Below are positions 61,855 through 64,000 of a stretch of DNA of 64,000 nt, in pieces (the stretch's first letter is position 1; each line of letters begins with the position of its first letter). Source of the DNA: an uncultured delta proteobacterium. Its GTDB lineage: Bacteria > Myxococcota_A > Polyangia > Haliangiales > Haliangiaceae. The notes beneath the pieces are model-generated. The model worked only from the letters and a program-made list of their open reading frames with translations, was not told where the DNA came from and searched no databases. The stretch is from NCBI GenBank assembly GCA_963848295.1, contig CAWKDB010000010.1, positions 4,704,001-4,768,000 on the forward strand, given 5' to 3'. The position numbers were made by a program, and so were the translations under genes.

Positions 61855-61870
61855 ACCGGACCGGTCCGGT
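61855..61870. promoter_or_regulatory. 16-bp perfect palindrome, candidate operator (copy 2)
   Basis: ACCGGACCGGTCCGGT abuts a minus-strand TATCAT -10 box (61849-61854). Confidence 0.5.
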
Positions 61871-61908
61871 GCAGCGCAATGCGAGGCGGTTTCGGGCTCG
61901 GGCTCGGG

Positions 61909-63570
61909 CTAGTACAGCCGATGTAGGTGCGTGCCGCGGTAGTAGTGGCCGAGGATCTGGGCGTTGCTCTTGCCGGCTTCGGCCATGCCGATCGCGCCCA
62001 TCTGGCACATGCCGACGCCGTGGCCGAAGCCGGCGCCGTGTAGCACGAACGTGTCGCCGTCGCGCGCGATCGAGAACAGCGTCGACTTGAGGCCGCCGAG
62101 CAGCCGGCGGATGTGGACGTCGCCGGTGACATCGACCGCCCCCTTGTCGCCGGTGATGGTTAGCACCTCGATCCGGCCGGAGCTGCCGCGCGTCTTGGCG
62201 GCGAGCGCGCGCACGCGTCCGATCTCCGGATACTCGGTCGCGACGCGCGCGCTGAGATCGGTCGCCGCGATCCGCTCGGTCCACCGAAAGTTCTTCTTGC
62301 CGAGCTTCGGCTTCGCGCACCACGCATCGCCGCCGGTCTCGGCGAGGAACGCGTCGAGGTTGCCGTCGGTGATCTTCGACATCCCGGCCTTCGCGTCGTC
62401 GCTGTGGCCGCGAAGCGACGGGTCCGGCTCGCCGCCCCAGATCGCGTCGTTGTCCTCGGTGTGGCCGCCGCACGACGCGCTGTAGCGGATGTCGACGAGC
62501 CCGCCGCCGTCGCGCAGCAGCACGAGGCCGCGGGTCGCTTCGATCGCTTTGGTCGATCGCGCGTTCTCCTTGCCGGCGCCGGCGTAGACCTGGCACTGCT
62601 GGGTCGAGCACAACAGGAACGGATCGGTCAGGTTGCGCCGGCCGATCTTCTGCAACAGCTCGGTCCGCGCCGCGATCGCCTGCGCTTCGAGCGCCGCCAT
62701 CGGCGCGTCGGGATACATCTCGGCCGGGACCAAGCCGGCGAGCAGCTTGTCCTCGCCGACCGCGTTCGCGGCGAGCAGCTGGCCGTCGTGATCGAGCGTG
62801 ACGTAGACCGTGCCCCAGTAGCGGCGATCCTCGGTCCCGGTGTCGAGCTGGCTGCCGCCGGTGTTGGTCGGAACGTCGGCGACGGTCAAGGTCTCGGCGG
62901 CGCGCTTGGTCGAGAACCACAGGACCGAAGGATTGCGGATCACGGTCGCGCCCGATCTCGCGACGATCGTGCCGGACGGCCGGCGCACCATCTCCTCGTG
63001 CACCGCGGTCCTGACGCCGAACTTGCGCGCGAGCTCGGCGGCGCGCGCGACGCCCTTGCCATGCGCGACCGGATCGATCGCGACGCGTGTCTCGCGGGTG
63101 TCGATCACTTCGCCGCCGGTGCCGAACACCGTGCCGATGTCGAACGAATGCGGATCGAAGCCGCGATCTTTCCAGCGCGCGAGCGCGGCGGCGATGCCGG
63201 TCGCGTCGTCGGGCCCGAACGTCTCGACGACGGTCCAGTCCTGGATCACGGCGGGCCTGGCGTCCTCGACCGTCACCGTCCACGCGTCGGCGTCGGCTTC
63301 GACCGAGCTGCCGCCCGCGCCATCGGGGCGGACGACGATGCCGCCTTTGTCGCGCACGTGAACCTCGCGCCGGCCTTCCATGATCTCGACCGTGACCAGC
63401 GGCAGGCCATCATCGGTGAACGTGAACCGGGTCGAATACAAGATCCGCAGCTTGTCGGTCGCCGACGTGTCGTCCGCGGCTGCGATGCCACTGGCCCCAA
63501 ACGTGACGAAGAACGCGGCCGCAAAAGCGAGCACGAACGCGACGACGGCGTAACACCCGGTGCGGACCAT
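61909..63570 (-). CDS. SpoIID/LytB-domain protein (lytic transglycosylase-like)
   Basis: GLVPAEM..ALEAQAIAART, CSTQQCQVY, YSASCGGHTE, GAGFGHGVGMCQMGA..ILGHYY. Confidence 0.93.
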   Translation of the reverse strand: MVRTGCYAVVAFVLAFAAAFFVTFGASGIAAADDTSATDKLRILYSTRFTFTDDGLPLVTVEIMEGRREVHVRDKGGIVVRPDGAGGSSVEADADAWTVTVEDARPAVIQDWTVVETFGPDDATGIAAALARWKDRGFDPHSFDIGTVFGTGGEVIDTRETRVAIDPVAHGKGVARAAELARKFGVRTAVHEEMVRRPSGTIVARSGATVIRNPSVLWFSTKRAAETLTVADVPTNTGGSQLDTGTEDRRYWGTVYVTLDHDGQLLAANAVGEDKLLAGLVPAEMYPDAPMAALEAQAIAARTELLQKIGRRNLTDPFLLCSTQQCQVYAGAGKENARSTKAIEATRGLVLLRDGGGLVDIRYSASCGGHTEDNDAIWGGEPDPSLRGHSDDAKAGMSKITDGNLDAFLAETGGDAWCAKPKLGKKNFRWTERIAATDLSARVATEYPEIGRVRALAAKTRGSSGRIEVLTITGDKGAVDVTGDVHIRRLLGGLKSTLFSIARDGDTFVLHGAGFGHGVGMCQMGAIGMAEAGKSNAQILGHYYRGTHLHRLY

Positions 63571-63615
63571 GCGACCAGGCTAGGCAGCCCAGCGCCAAGC
63601 GTGCAACAAACTGGC

Positions 63616-64000
63616 ATGACACCACTTCCGCCGCTGCCCGACGACGTGCTCGCCCGGCGCAACCAGCTGCCGGTGAAGCCCGCCGCGGTCGTCCTGACCG
63701 GGTCGGCGGTGGAGCTCGTGGCGCTCGACCTCGGCCGCGACCTCGCCGAGCTCCATGCGATCTCGAACGGCGAGCCTGTCACCCGCGGTGCCGTGCGCTG
63801 CGGTCGCTACGACCCGAACGAGCGGGTGTGGCGCTACATGTCCGCCGGTCCGTTCGCGGATGCCGCCGCGCTCGGCCGCTGGCTCGCGGCCCAGGAAGCC
63901 GCGAGCGACGGCCGGCCGTTCACCGTGCGCGATCGCGCGACCGGCGCCCCGCTCGGCGTGGCGAGCTTGATCGCGAACCAGCCCGCGCACCTCAAGATCG
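63616..64000 (+). CDS. GNAT N-acetyltransferase (RimJ/RimL-like), partial
   Basis: My translation: MTPLPPLP..VVLTGSAVELVAL..VWRYMSAGPFAD..PFTVRDRATGAPLGVASL..HLKI; open to the window end. Confidence 0.75.
   Translation, partial: MTPLPPLPDDVLARRNQLPVKPAAVVLTGSAVELVALDLGRDLAELHAISNGEPVTRGAVRCGRYDPNERVWRYMSAGPFADAAALGRWLAAQEAASDGRPFTVRDRATGAPLGVASLIANQPAHLKI

Overview
A 64-kb, very GC-rich bacterial chromosomal window with about 50 genes. The gene content points to Myxococcota, probably a Kofleriaceae/Haliangiales-like organism (inference from the Myxococcales-type sigma factor, Ser/Thr kinases, many lipoproteins and a choice-of-anchor L protein). Housekeeping genes: lexA, a cold-shock protein, murA, short-form hisG, lipB, lpdA and a 2-oxoacid dehydrogenase cluster with two E1-alpha genes. 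Envelope genes: an OPT transporter, a 2,000-aa thioester alpha-2-macroglobulin, TonB-like proteins, SpoIID/LytB and a DUF4139 mosaic. No rRNA, tRNA, CRISPR array, prophage or intact transposase was seen. Main leads: (1) an orphan type III export-gate gene (SctV/FlhA family) translationally coupled between a sigma factor and a small barrel-like protein; (2) a kinase-NTPase-TPR / kinase / secreted (NKLSA)6-repeat protein module; (3) a 724-bp non-coding insertion bounded by a 29-bp direct repeat and long inverted arms; (4) a 4x57-bp double-hairpin tandem array; (5) candidate new operators, namely GTTCAGTACC direct repeats at lexA and a 16-bp palindrome seen twice near an XRE gene; (6) an apparent split TonB; (7) frequent leaderless promoter architecture. 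All family calls come from motif recognition by eye; no database searches were run.
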